Shown here: piece after piece, positions 50,193 to 59,524 of the stretch
Layout of the letters: each line of letters starts with the position of its first letter
Position numbering within the stretch: position 1 is the stretch's first letter
Assembly (NCBI GenBank): GCA_965216315.1
Contig: CBDCFN010000016.1
Span: 416,001-480,000, forward strand
DNA from: a bacterium
Lineage (GTDB): Bacteria > UBA10199 > 2-02-FULL-50-16 > JAJFLM01
DNA length: 64,000 bases
Direction: 5' to 3'
The notes under the pieces: model-generated
The model's input: the letters and a program-made list of their open reading frames with translations, nothing else
Told to the model about the DNA's origin: nothing
Database searches by the model: none
Translations under genes and position numbers: made by a program

Positions 50193-50236
50193 GTGTACCG
50201 TGGTACACGATTAATTATTAACATATTGATATGTTA
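50193..50236. promoter_or_regulatory. Two palindromes and an IHF-consensus site upstream of the adhesin
   Basis: GTGTACC-gt-GGTACAC (50193-50208) and TAACATA-ttga-TATGTTA (50219-50236). The second contains TATCAAtatgTTA on the minus strand. Confidence 0.45.
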
Positions 50237-50350
50237 GAAAGATTTGGAATGAATCGAGATTCTCGATCACAATCAGTTTGTAAAGTTGTCCTATTCGGCC
50301 TCTTATTCGGTTAACCAGCGTTCCGTATCGATCGCCGCCAGTTTTCATAG

Positions 50351-50429
50351 CAGGGGGCACCAGTAAACCCTCGCCCCCTGTACCCCCCCCTGATGGGTTC
50401 ACGCACCCTGAAGTGAATTCAGCGTGCGT
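50351..50429. repeat. Double-hairpin REP-like element downstream of trxB
   Basis: CAGGGGGC..GCCCCCTG, TACCCCCCCC, GGTTC, then ACGCAC.CTGAA..TTCAG.GTGCGT. Confidence 0.55.
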
Positions 50430-50452
50430 TCACAACCACTTTGCATGGCGGC

Positions 50453-51391
50453 TTAACTTTCTTGCTCTTGGAGCCATCTTTCCGCATCGATCGCCGCCAT
50501 ACATCCTGATCCGGCGGCGGTGATGGCCTGGCGGTAGCGATGGTCCTGGACATCCCCGCAGGCGAAAACGCCGGGGATGTTTGTGCGGGTGTTATCACTG
50601 GTTTTGATATAGCCCGCTTCATCGAGCTCGATTTGGCCTTTAAAGATTTCGGTATTCGGATCATGGCCGATCGCGACAAAAAGCGCCTGGCAGTCGAGCG
50701 TTTGTTCTTCTCCCGTCTTGACGTTTTTGATGCGAATTCCCTCGACCTCTTTGTCGCCAATAACCTCTTCGACGACGGAGTCCCAGACGACGCTGATCTT
50801 GTCATGATTAAGCGCACGGTCCTGCATAATCTTTGAGCCGCGCAGTTGGTCGCGGCGATGGATCAAGCGAACGTCGGTTCCGAACTTGGTGAGAAAGATT
50901 GCCTCTTCGAGCGCCGTATCACCCCCTCCGACGACAACGATGCGTTGATCGCGAAAAAAAGCGCCATCGCAGGTCGCGCAGGTGGAGACGCCTTTGCCGC
51001 GAAGTCGGGTTTCCGACTCAAGGCCCAGCCAACGCGCGCTGGAGCCCGTCGAGAGGATTACCGATTTGGCGCGGTATTCGTCGTTGCCGACTTTAACGAG
51101 AAAAGGCTTCTGGGAAAAATCCACTTCGGTGACATCTTTGCTGATAAAACGCGTGCCGAAACGTTCGGCTTGTTTGCGGAGATCCGCCATCATTTCCGGG
51201 CCCATCACACCTTCGGGATAACCGGGAAAGTTTTCGACGTCGGTCGTGAGCATGAGTTGCCCACCAGATTGATAGCCTTCGATCATTAAAGGATCGAGGT
51301 CCGCACGGGCATTGTAGATAGCCGCGGTCAGTCCTGCCGGGCCGCTGCCAATAATGATGATGTTTTCGACTTTCTGCTCAAGTTCTGTCAT
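50453..51391 (-). CDS. trxB: Thioredoxin-disulfide reductase
   Basis: IIGSGPAGLTAA, GGQL..TT.VENFPG, CATCDG, GGGDTALEEA and YRQAITAAG.G. Confidence 0.97.
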   Translation of the reverse strand: MTELEQKVENIIIIGSGPAGLTAAIYNARADLDPLMIEGYQSGGQLMLTTDVENFPGYPEGVMGPEMMADLRKQAERFGTRFISKDVTEVDFSQKPFLVKVGNDEYRAKSVILSTGSSARWLGLESETRLRGKGVSTCATCDGAFFRDQRIVVVGGGDTALEEAIFLTKFGTDVRLIHRRDQLRGSKIMQDRALNHDKISVVWDSVVEEVIGDKEVEGIRIKNVKTGEEQTLDCQALFVAIGHDPNTEIFKGQIELDEAGYIKTSDNTRTNIPGVFACGDVQDHRYRQAITAAGSGCMAAIDAERWLQEQES

Positions 51392-51550
51392 TTCGGTATC
51401 TCCGCAGTTGTTTGATTCTTAGGGCCTCAATAGGTTTCATTTCCTTCATTTGCCGCTGTTAAGGACTCTCTCTCTTAGCGACGTGTCTCTGAGAATGCAA
51501 TGCCTATCCAAAAGTGTAAAAAACTGAATGATTTTAGCTAGATATTTGAC

Positions 51551-51576
51551 GCAACAAAATGAGGGGAGTGCCGAAA
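51551..51576 (+). promoter_or_regulatory. Shared bipartite promoter-like motif (1066-aa orphan)
   Basis: GCAAC AAAAT gaggggagtg CCGAAA. Confidence 0.5.
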
Positions 51577-51586
51577 CCGGCGTTGG

Positions 51587-54500
51587 ATGACTCTTTTTCT
51601 CGCCACCAGCATGCAGCCCATGATGGCACTCGCAGCCGGAGCTCCCGTGACCACCAGTGGGCTGAGCCAGCACCTCAATGGGGCCTTGCGCACCTATGAG
51701 CGGACCCAACGACTCAATGATCTCATCCAAGCTGTCGAGGGCGGTTTGGCTCAGGCGCAAGAACTGACCATCAGGGATCGTTGGACCGCGCCGCAGCTCG
51801 CTCATTTAGCCCATGCCCTTTCCGGGCTGACGCGCCAGCATCAGAGTTTTTTGCTCGCTGATTCACAAGCGTCGGAGCCCCAGATGTCATTGTTGTTTAA
51901 AGAAACGGAAAATGTGATCGAAGCGCTGACCTCTACGGATGACTCACTGATTGTTAGTTCAGATGATCCGGATGATCTGGTTAATTGGTCCCAAGTTGCG
52001 GATGACTATGAACAGTTGCTTGATTCAGGTATTTTTCAGCGAGGTCATTTTCCTCTCCTGCATGGTCTTGGCCAGATGGGACTCTCATTAGGGGCTCGGA
52101 TTGCGCTGAAGTTAGATGGTGCGCAATGGTTTGGCCGTCTTACGGACACTCAACTCGAACATTCAGCCGAAGTTTATTTGTATGGACGTTCGCGGGGTCG
52201 CGATCCGGAGCCGACGAGTTTACTCAATAGTCATCATCGGGTGCCGGAAAAACAATTGCAGGCCGAGCATGGTTGGATCCATCAGGCTGTCAGAGGCATC
52301 GGCCGGAGCGAGCGGCGCGAACAGCAACGCGTCTCTCCATTTCAAGTGACCGGTATTCCATCGAAAGAGTTTGTCAAAGAACTCTATAAGGATGATTACA
52401 GTTTTATGAAGCAGATGCCCGAAGGGGCTATTTTGGTCAGTCCTATCAAGTCTTATATCGCTCCGGACGTTTATTTTAAGATACTCAAAGATTATGCAGC
52501 GGCGCGCAAACAGCGTAATGATGAATCAGAGCCGATTCGCGTCCAAGGGGGCGCGTCGATGGAGGATATCTACGACATGGTTCGGTATATTACGAACCGG
52601 AATGACATCAAGACCGTCCATATTGGTGGTGAATATTTTGCAAAAAATCTTTACATGTATTCAGAAGAGCCGCCACGCCACACAGAACTAGTGTTTGCAT
52701 CGAAAGATATTGAAGCGGCCGAACAGGCGGCACGCTATTTCCGTATTCCGGGACAATTAGAAGTCAGCATCACCGATGACGTTAGTACCGTGATGCTCGG
52801 CGGGGTCATGAAGAATATTGCGGCTTATGCGATGGGCTTTACGGATTTAGAGGAGATGGAACGACTGTATAAGGCCGGCGATGAGACTAACTGTCAGTTG
52901 TATATTGAGACGGGGGACGGAGAAAATGGCTATGTCGATGATCCCCGTAAGTTATCAGGACGTCGTCGCCGTTGGTGGAAGATCCTGGTTGATATTGCTG
53001 AAGGGGTCAAAGGTGAACCGGTCGATCCGCCGCGGGAAGTGTTAAAGGATTTTTGCGGCTGTACTATTTTCAACCGGGATCTGGTTGCGGATCTTTTCCG
53101 TGCCGTTCGCATCAGCTATGATCGGGCGCAGCGCCGTCAGAGCGAGAGTGCTTGGCAGGAATTTCGTGAGGCCGTGCAACAATTTCGAGATCGCGTAGGG
53201 GATTTTGCAAACAGCCGAAATAGACGTGGTGGGCTCCTTCACGCCATGGCGATTTTTGTCAAAGAAGAACTCAAGCGGCCGGAAGAAGCAGCGCTCTTGT
53301 TCTGGGAAAAGACGGTCGAAGGCTATCAGGCCATGCGCGGCTTGCGGGCGACTTTGAGTGATATAGATCCGTTTCTAGCGTCGAGACTGGATATCGGGTT
53401 TAAGCGTTTCTACACAGAGCACGGTGTGCCGCTTCATCCTGAATTAGATCCGCTTGAACCCAAAGCGATTCGCGATGCCGTGATGCAGGGCATAGAGAAT
53501 ACGAATTTTGTTTCGAGTCAGCCGATGTTGGTATCAGCGCGACGGGTCAAAGAGATTTTACAAATACCTTGGTTGACACGAACGGCCTATAATTTTCTCA
53601 AGAACAAGATCAGGGATCTGCAAGATCACATTGCGACTCCCGATCGAGAGCGTGGTCGTGTCGAGCGTGATTTTCGTTTGTTTGATCGGGCGTTGCAATT
53701 ATTCGATGCAGGTATGCTGGTTCGGGCGGGAGATCATATCGCAACAGAACCTGTGCACCCTTATCGGCACATTACGCGTTTTGAAGGTCGCGTGGATCAG
53801 GGGAAAGGTGACGGGATTCACCACTATCATATCGGAATTGAAGGTGATCAGGGGCTTGATCGTGTGCGTGATGTCTCTCTGCTTTTGTCACATCACCAAG
53901 CTCGTTCGGAGCCAACTGAAATTCATATTGAGATCGAAATTTTTGATGCGACGCGCGAGATGCCGCGCGTCTTATGGGCGATGCAAAACGTGGCCAACCG
54001 ATTCCGGGGAAATCAGGATGCGCCGATTAATGTTGATTTTGTCTTCCATACACCAACGGGAAGTCCGCGTTTGAAGGTAACTTCTGAGTTGGCGCAAGAG
54101 ACTCCGGATCATTGGCAGTTTCGTTATGAGCGTGGCATGGATTATCTCATTAGTGCGACCGGTCTCAACTACGATGAATTGACGAGCCATTTCAAACATC
54201 ACGTTAAGATGATTAATTCGATCGTTGGTAAGGATAGCTGGGTTGGTTTAGGCGCGACCAACGTGGGTCAGTATTCAACCGCCTTCAGGGATGCTTTGCA
54301 GGTAGCCGGTGAAAAGGCTTTCTTTGGAGTTTATAGTGATCCCGAACAGGAATACCCTGATGAAGTGGTCGTGGCCCATTTTGATTCCGATGGGGACCTG
54401 CGTTTATATGATAGCCGCATCCAAGAGCTCATGGCGCGTGATTCGGAACGACCTCAAGCCAATGGCAATCAAGAGGAGCGCGATTGGGACGCTTATTTCC

Positions 54501-54787
54501 GCGGACTTCCGGTCGAGCAATATAAAGAGGCCTATGAACGGTTGACGGGTAAGTCATATGGTGAGCTGCTTCCGCTCAATATTTATTTTCCATTGGAAGA
54601 GGTCCTGGTTGGCAATCGCGATGCACGACTTTCACCTCCACGGCTTTTTGTATTTCTGCAAAATTTGAAGGGCGCAAAAGCGAGAGAATTTGCGGAGTGG
54701 ATGGAGCCGCGGCATTTTAGAGAGCCCAATGATCAACTCTATTTGGATATTCGAGATAAAGTTTTAAGTATGCTCCGTTCCATGTAA
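51587..54787 (+). CDS. Large hypothetical protein containing a divergent GpsA-like (NAD(P)H glycerol-3-phosphate dehydrogenase) domain
   Basis: Colinear GpsA-like motifs: GLGQMG, LVSPIKS, IGGEYFAKNL, ASKD, TDDV..VMLGGVMKN, SRNRRG and VEG. Confidence 0.6.
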   Translation: MTLFLATSMQPMMALAAGAPVTTSGLSQHLNGALRTYERTQRLNDLIQAVEGGLAQAQELTIRDRWTAPQLAHLAHALSGLTRQHQSFLLADSQASEPQMSLLFKETENVIEALTSTDDSLIVSSDDPDDLVNWSQVADDYEQLLDSGIFQRGHFPLLHGLGQMGLSLGARIALKLDGAQWFGRLTDTQLEHSAEVYLYGRSRGRDPEPTSLLNSHHRVPEKQLQAEHGWIHQAVRGIGRSERREQQRVSPFQVTGIPSKEFVKELYKDDYSFMKQMPEGAILVSPIKSYIAPDVYFKILKDYAAARKQRNDESEPIRVQGGASMEDIYDMVRYITNRNDIKTVHIGGEYFAKNLYMYSEEPPRHTELVFASKDIEAAEQAARYFRIPGQLEVSITDDVSTVMLGGVMKNIAAYAMGFTDLEEMERLYKAGDETNCQLYIETGDGENGYVDDPRKLSGRRRRWWKILVDIAEGVKGEPVDPPREVLKDFCGCTIFNRDLVADLFRAVRISYDRAQRRQSESAWQEFREAVQQFRDRVGDFANSRNRRGGLLHAMAIFVKEELKRPEEAALLFWEKTVEGYQAMRGLRATLSDIDPFLASRLDIGFKRFYTEHGVPLHPELDPLEPKAIRDAVMQGIENTNFVSSQPMLVSARRVKEILQIPWLTRTAYNFLKNKIRDLQDHIATPDRERGRVERDFRLFDRALQLFDAGMLVRAGDHIATEPVHPYRHITRFEGRVDQGKGDGIHHYHIGIEGDQGLDRVRDVSLLLSHHQARSEPTEIHIEIEIFDATREMPRVLWAMQNVANRFRGNQDAPINVDFVFHTPTGSPRLKVTSELAQETPDHWQFRYERGMDYLISATGLNYDELTSHFKHHVKMINSIVGKDSWVGLGATNVGQYSTAFRDALQVAGEKAFFGVYSDPEQEYPDEVVVAHFDSDGDLRLYDSRIQELMARDSERPQANGNQEERDWDAYFRGLPVEQYKEAYERLTGKSYGELLPLNIYFPLEEVLVGNRDARLSPPRLFVFLQNLKGAKAREFAEWMEPRHFREPNDQLYLDIRDKVLSMLRSM

Positions 54788-54833
54788 TCTTAGGGCTTGA
54801 ACATCCCCCCTTGTATGCTTATGCACATTAGTT

Positions 54834-55850
54834 GTGAGGTTTAAGTGGCTGACGCTTCTGTTGTGTCTTGTTTGCTGTGGGTTCGGCTACGAAACTCATG
54901 CGCAGGAACACGCGTCGCATGGTCCTATTTCGATGCGGAGTCAAAACCCCCTCTATCTCCTGTTCTTAACGCCCCGGCCGGAACGGGCGCGTCTCTTGAA
55001 ACACGGTGAATTGCGCCTGTCGGCGCGAGGCCCTTATTCGAATATATTTGAACAGGGTTCCAATGCCATTTCCAGCGTTGATCTTGACTTGGATATGGAG
55101 CTGTTTCGTCCGAGCTTTTTGCTGGAGTGGGGTTTTTTACCCGGTTGGGAGTTTGGGATTGAGCTGCCGTTTATCCATTTTTATGGCGGGTTTTTGGATG
55201 CTTTTGTGCAGGACTTTCATCGCACCTTCGGAGTGCCGAATGGCGGGCGGGATCTGGTTCCCAATGGACGCTTCTCCTATCGAGTGAGTCAGGGTGGCCA
55301 GGACCTCTACTCTACAGGGAGTCAGGTCATTCAACCTTCGGCTCTAATCTTTCACGTGAAGCGGCATTTCTTGGAGGAGGGCGCTAGGCGTCCATCACTG
55401 ACGGGGACACTCTATCTAAAGGTACCAACCGGCAATTCCGGTAAAGGCCTCGGGAGTGGGGCGCCCGATATCGGTGTTAACGTGGCGGCCGAGAAGAGTT
55501 ATAAGCGCATTCATACCTATGCCAATCTCGGTTGGTCTTTGCTCGGAGCCGCCGATTTAGGCTTAGATCCTTTTTTGAATGCCGTGCTTTGGACGTGGAT
55601 GGTTGGGTTTGAGGTGACGGCCTGGTCCCATCATTTGGGTGTTATTGCCCAACTGCAGGGTGACGGTTCGCTGTTTGATGGCACTGGTATTCAGGCGATG
55701 GATCAGGGTAATCTGATGCTGACGATCGGTTTCGCGGGGCAAGAGGGCCCGTGGGGGTGGAAGGCGGCCTTTGCCGAGGATCCGAGCGGTCAGGGGCCCA
55801 CCGTGGATTTTTCCGTCTACTTTGAGGTCAACTATACCTGGGATTTGTAG
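54834..55850 (+). CDS. Outer-membrane beta-barrel protein, DUF3187-like
   Basis: Signal peptide, R.QNPL...F, GGFLD.F...FH..FG.P.GGR, alternating beta pattern and aromatic C-terminus. Confidence 0.65.
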   Translation: MRFKWLTLLLCLVCCGFGYETHAQEHASHGPISMRSQNPLYLLFLTPRPERARLLKHGELRLSARGPYSNIFEQGSNAISSVDLDLDMELFRPSFLLEWGFLPGWEFGIELPFIHFYGGFLDAFVQDFHRTFGVPNGGRDLVPNGRFSYRVSQGGQDLYSTGSQVIQPSALIFHVKRHFLEEGARRPSLTGTLYLKVPTGNSGKGLGSGAPDIGVNVAAEKSYKRIHTYANLGWSLLGAADLGLDPFLNAVLWTWMVGFEVTAWSHHLGVIAQLQGDGSLFDGTGIQAMDQGNLMLTIGFAGQEGPWGWKAAFAEDPSGQGPTVDFSVYFEVNYTWDL

Positions 55851-55870
55851 GGGCGCCGCTTGCTGCGCCC
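55847..55870 (+). repeat. GTAG-type REP sequence
   Basis: GTAG GGGCGC-cgcttgct-GCGCCC between convergent genes. Its TAG is the stop codon of the upstream gene. Confidence 0.6.
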
Positions 55871-55874
55871 AACA

Positions 55875-56297
55875 TCAGAACGGGATATCATCGCCGCCGC
55901 CAGAACCTGCATCAAATGCCGGGGGTTCCGATGGCGGCATGTGATCCGGCGCCGCACTGCCGGCCCCGCGTCCACCGCTCAAAAATTGAACGTTCTGTGC
56001 GATGACCTCGGTCGTGTAGCGCTTGCCACCGTTCTGGTCTTCCCACTGCCGGGTCTGCAAACGCCCTTCAATAAAGACTTGGCGGCCCTTACTCAGGAAC
56101 TCTTTGCAGTTTTCGGCCTGCCGGCCCCAGACAACAATGCGGTGCCATTCCGTTTCTTCTTGGGCCTGCCCGTCCTTGCTGGTCCAGCGGCGGCTGGTCG
56201 CAATGTTGAAATTGCAGACGGACTGTCCACTTGTAGTCGTTCGGATCTCCGGATCCGATCCAAGGTTTCCGATGAGGAGTACTTTATTTAAGCTCAT
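55875..56297 (-). CDS. ssb: Single-stranded DNA-binding protein
   Basis: [28 protein letters not shown] and C-terminal DDIPF. Confidence 0.97.
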   Translation of the reverse strand: MSLNKVLLIGNLGSDPEIRTTTSGQSVCNFNIATSRRWTSKDGQAQEETEWHRIVVWGRQAENCKEFLSKGRQVFIEGRLQTRQWEDQNGGKRYTTEVIAQNVQFLSGGRGAGSAAPDHMPPSEPPAFDAGSGGGDDIPF

Positions 56298-56509
56298 GGT
56301 TGAGGGACTAAAGCGAAAGCGGGCCCGGAGTCAACGGTATTTTATTTATACGAATTCTTGACTTTTTTCGCACAATTGCATAATTTCGCGCGTAATTTCT
56401 CGGAAATATTGAGGAATGCAGCATTTCGGAACTTAGGGACCGGCCATTTTGGCCATAAATTTTGCAGTAATTAAACGAAACACTTTACCTTTTCTAAGGA
56501 GGCGGGAGC

Positions 56510-56950
56510 ATGAAGAGACAGTGGCTTCAACTCAGTTTGGTTATCGGATTAGCCTTTGTGACGCTTGTGGCGGTTGGTTGTCAGCAACAGCCGCGTCCAC
56601 GTCGCGCTAAGCCGGTGGCCTCATTACAAAGAATTCATTTCGACTATGATCGTTCAGCGATCAAATCAGAGTACCAGTCAGTTCTTCAAGGGAATGCGTC
56701 TTGGATGAGATCTCATTCGAGTTCACGTGTGATTATTGAAGGGCATTGCGATGAACGCGGCAGCACCGAGTACAATATTGCTCTGGGTTGGCGTCGTGCT
56801 CGTTCGACTAAGAACTATCTTGTATCTCTTGGAATCAGTCCCTCGCGTTTGATCACTAAGAGTTACGGCGAAGAGAGACCTCTCTGCATGCAGAGCAACG
56901 AGAGCTGCTGGTGGAAGAACCGGCGTGCCGAGTTCCTGCAGGCGAGATAA
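56510..56950 (+). CDS. pal: Peptidoglycan-associated lipoprotein (OmpA family)
   Basis: Lipobox AVGC, IHFDYD, IEGHCDERGS.EYN.ALG and SYGEERP...NRRAE. AAGGAGG SD. Confidence 0.92.
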   Translation: MKRQWLQLSLVIGLAFVTLVAVGCQQQPRPRRAKPVASLQRIHFDYDRSAIKSEYQSVLQGNASWMRSHSSSRVIIEGHCDERGSTEYNIALGWRRARSTKNYLVSLGISPSRLITKSYGEERPLCMQSNESCWWKNRRAEFLQAR

Positions 56951-56991
56951 TCAGTTTAGTCTCTTTCGCTTCGTCGATCCGAAATTCTGTT

Positions 56992-57038
56992 AAAGGCCAC
57001 AGGGTCGGTCTGAAAAGGCCGGGCCCTGTGGCCTTTTT
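56992..57038 (+). terminator. Intrinsic terminator after pal
   Basis: AAAGGCCACAGGG...CCCTGTGGCCTTTTT. Confidence 0.8.
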
Positions 57039-57094
57039 GTATACCTGATAATTTAGTTGGCATATCTGCCGTCAATTGATAGGTGATTGCGGCG

Positions 57095-57886
57095 ATGAAA
57101 CGATTCCTTCCATTGTTGACGGCTTGCCTCGTGATGGCCGTTGTGACCGTCGCTACACCTCAACCCCTTGAGGCTGCTTCACCTGAGAGGCGAATTAAAG
57201 CGCTTGAAGCCCAGTTTAAAGATTTTGTTGAGTCGGGTAAGCATAATAAGCAGCGCCTTGCTGAGGCCTTGGCAGTCTTCGATCAAGTCAAAGAAGACAT
57301 TGCGGCGATGCGTGGCGAAATCCAAAAAATCCGTCATGAAGTGAATGCCGATGCAACGGCACGGGGCAGCCAGATTAGTAAGATGGAGCATCAGCTGGGG
57401 CGTATGGAAGAGCGTTTGGAGGACATGAACCAAGCGGTTAAAGACGTCGCCGAGTTTAAGGGGAAGGGCTCAGAGTCAAAACGGCAGGTAGCGGAAAGGC
57501 TGCTTTATGAAGAGGCCTTTAGCGAGTTGACCCAAAAAAATTATAAAACCGCTGGGCGGTTATTCCAAAATTTCCTTAAAAAATACCCTAAAAGCAAATT
57601 AGCGGATAATGCGCAGTACTGGAAGGGTGAATGTCTTTTTGCTCAGGGCGATTATGAGAAAGCGGTCCTTGAATTTCAAAAAGTCATCAAACGCTATCCA
57701 AAGGGAAACAAGGCGGCTGCTGCGATGCTGAAGCAGGGCTACTCTTTTGTCGAGTTGAAGGCCTATGCCGACGGCAAGGCCTTTCTTGAGCTTGTAATCG
57801 CTAAATATCCAAAGTCAAAAGAGGCGCTGCGCGCCAAAGAAAAGCTCGTTGAAGTCAATAAACTGATCAAGAAATCGTCTACTTAA
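57095..57886 (+). CDS. cpoB: Tol-Pal system protein CpoB/YbgF
   Basis: Signal peptide, coiled coil and TPR (YPKSKLADNAQYW.GE). Directly after pal. Confidence 0.88.
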   Translation: MKRFLPLLTACLVMAVVTVATPQPLEAASPERRIKALEAQFKDFVESGKHNKQRLAEALAVFDQVKEDIAAMRGEIQKIRHEVNADATARGSQISKMEHQLGRMEERLEDMNQAVKDVAEFKGKGSESKRQVAERLLYEEAFSELTQKNYKTAGRLFQNFLKKYPKSKLADNAQYWKGECLFAQGDYEKAVLEFQKVIKRYPKGNKAAAAMLKQGYSFVELKAYADGKAFLELVIAKYPKSKEALRAKEKLVEVNKLIKKSST

Positions 57887-57892
57887 AATAAA

Positions 57893-58825
57893 ATGATCCA
57901 GGCAGAGGGACTCACGAAATACTACGGAGACTTTCGAGCCGTTCAAGATGTTACTTTTTCCATTAATGCGGGTGAGATCGTTGGACTTCTGGGGCCCAAT
58001 GGTGCCGGTAAGACGACGACCTTGCGGCTTCTGACCGGGTATATGGCGCCGACTGCCGGCCAGGTGCACATTGGTGGTTATGATGTCTTTGAGCAGGCGC
58101 TACAAGCCAAGCAGCTGATTGGCTATTTGCCCGAACATCCCCCTATTTATCCTGAACTGACGGTTAGAGAATATGTTCAATTCGCCGCTGAGTTGCATGG
58201 AGTGGCCCGCTCGGAGCGAAGTGAGCGAATTGACGAGGCGCTCGAGCGAACCTCGCTGGTGGATGTGCAGGCGCGTCTTATCGGGAATCTCTCGCGGGGA
58301 TTTCAACAGCGGACGGGCCTGGCCCAAGTGCTCGTTAAAAATCCAAAGGTTTTGATTTTAGATGAGCCGACAGTCGGTCTTGATCCAAAACAAATTGCAG
58401 ATATACGTTCGCTGATCACAGGGCTGGCAGGTGACTATACGGTGATTCTTTCCAGTCACATTCTGCAAGAGGTGAGCGCCAGTTGTGATAGGGTGATTAT
58501 TATTAATAAAGGACAAGTCGTTGCGCAGGGATCGCAGCAGGATCTCTTGCAACGGCAGCAAAAACAAAAGCTTTATCAACTCAAGCTAAAGGGTCCACGG
58601 CCGGAAGAGGCTCAAAAAATACTGTCGTCATTAGTGAGCGTCGACCAAGTGCAATTAGGGAAGTCTTCGGATCTAACCGAATTACAAATTGTATCGCATG
58701 CAAATGGTCAATTTCAGGAAGAATTATTTCACGTATTGTCTGAGAAAAAGTGGATTCCTTATGAACTAGCACCGGTGCGCTCGAACCTTGAAGATCTTTT
58801 CCTGCGATTGACCGAGGATGAATAA
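57893..58825 (+). CDS. ABC transporter ATP-binding protein (GldA-like)
   Basis: GPNGAGKTT, LSRGFQQR, LILDEPT.GLDP and SSH. Confidence 0.92.
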   Translation: MIQAEGLTKYYGDFRAVQDVTFSINAGEIVGLLGPNGAGKTTTLRLLTGYMAPTAGQVHIGGYDVFEQALQAKQLIGYLPEHPPIYPELTVREYVQFAAELHGVARSERSERIDEALERTSLVDVQARLIGNLSRGFQQRTGLAQVLVKNPKVLILDEPTVGLDPKQIADIRSLITGLAGDYTVILSSHILQEVSASCDRVIIINKGQVVAQGSQQDLLQRQQKQKLYQLKLKGPRPEEAQKILSSLVSVDQVQLGKSSDLTELQIVSHANGQFQEELFHVLSEKKWIPYELAPVRSNLEDLFLRLTEDE

Positions 58826-58828
58826 AGA

Positions 58829-59524
58829 ATGCTTGCTTTAATGAAAAAAGATCTACGTATTTATTTTGCATCTCCATTAGCATACCTAACGCTTGCGCTT
58901 TTTCTCTTTTTAACGGGTTTTGCATTTAGCTCGCAGCTGGTGCAGATGACTCCCGGACAACTTCCGGAAGCATCTATGCGTGGCATGATCTATTTTATCG
59001 CCGTTATTCTCTTGTTTATGGTTCCTTTATTTACAATGCGGACTTTTTCTGAAGAGTCGCGTTTGCAAACAATGGAATTACTCAGAACGGCGCCGATTTC
59101 TGATGTCCAGATTGTCCTCGCAAAATTTATGGGCGCATTTGTTTTTATGTCAGTGCTTCTTTTGAGCACCGTTATATTTCCGCTGATCATGTATTGGAAA
59201 GCGCAGCCGGATACAGGCCCTATGTTGACATCCTATCTCGGGATTTGGTTGGCAGGTGGGGCCTTTGTTTCGCTGGGTGTTTTCATCTCGAGCCTGATGC
59301 GTTCTCCTATGCTGGCCGCCCTGCTAAGCTTTGTTGCTCTCCTTATGTTGTGGTTTGTTGGAGGGCTTGAGCAGAGTTGGGCGGCGCATATTTCCATTAT
59401 TCGGCATCTCGAGAGCTTTTCTATTGGCGTCTTATCAATGAAAGATTTATCTTATTACGTATTATTTATTGGGACCTTCTTGTTTTTAACCGTTCGCTGG
59501 CTTGAGGCATCACGATGGAGGTGA
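58829..59524 (+). CDS. ABC-2 permease (GldF-like)
   Basis: YFASPLAY, TMRTFSEE...TMELL.TAP and 6 TMs. Confidence 0.88.
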   Translation: MLALMKKDLRIYFASPLAYLTLALFLFLTGFAFSSQLVQMTPGQLPEASMRGMIYFIAVILLFMVPLFTMRTFSEESRLQTMELLRTAPISDVQIVLAKFMGAFVFMSVLLLSTVIFPLIMYWKAQPDTGPMLTSYLGIWLAGGAFVSLGVFISSLMRSPMLAALLSFVALLMLWFVGGLEQSWAAHISIIRHLESFSIGVLSMKDLSYYVLFIGTFLFLTVRWLEASRWR

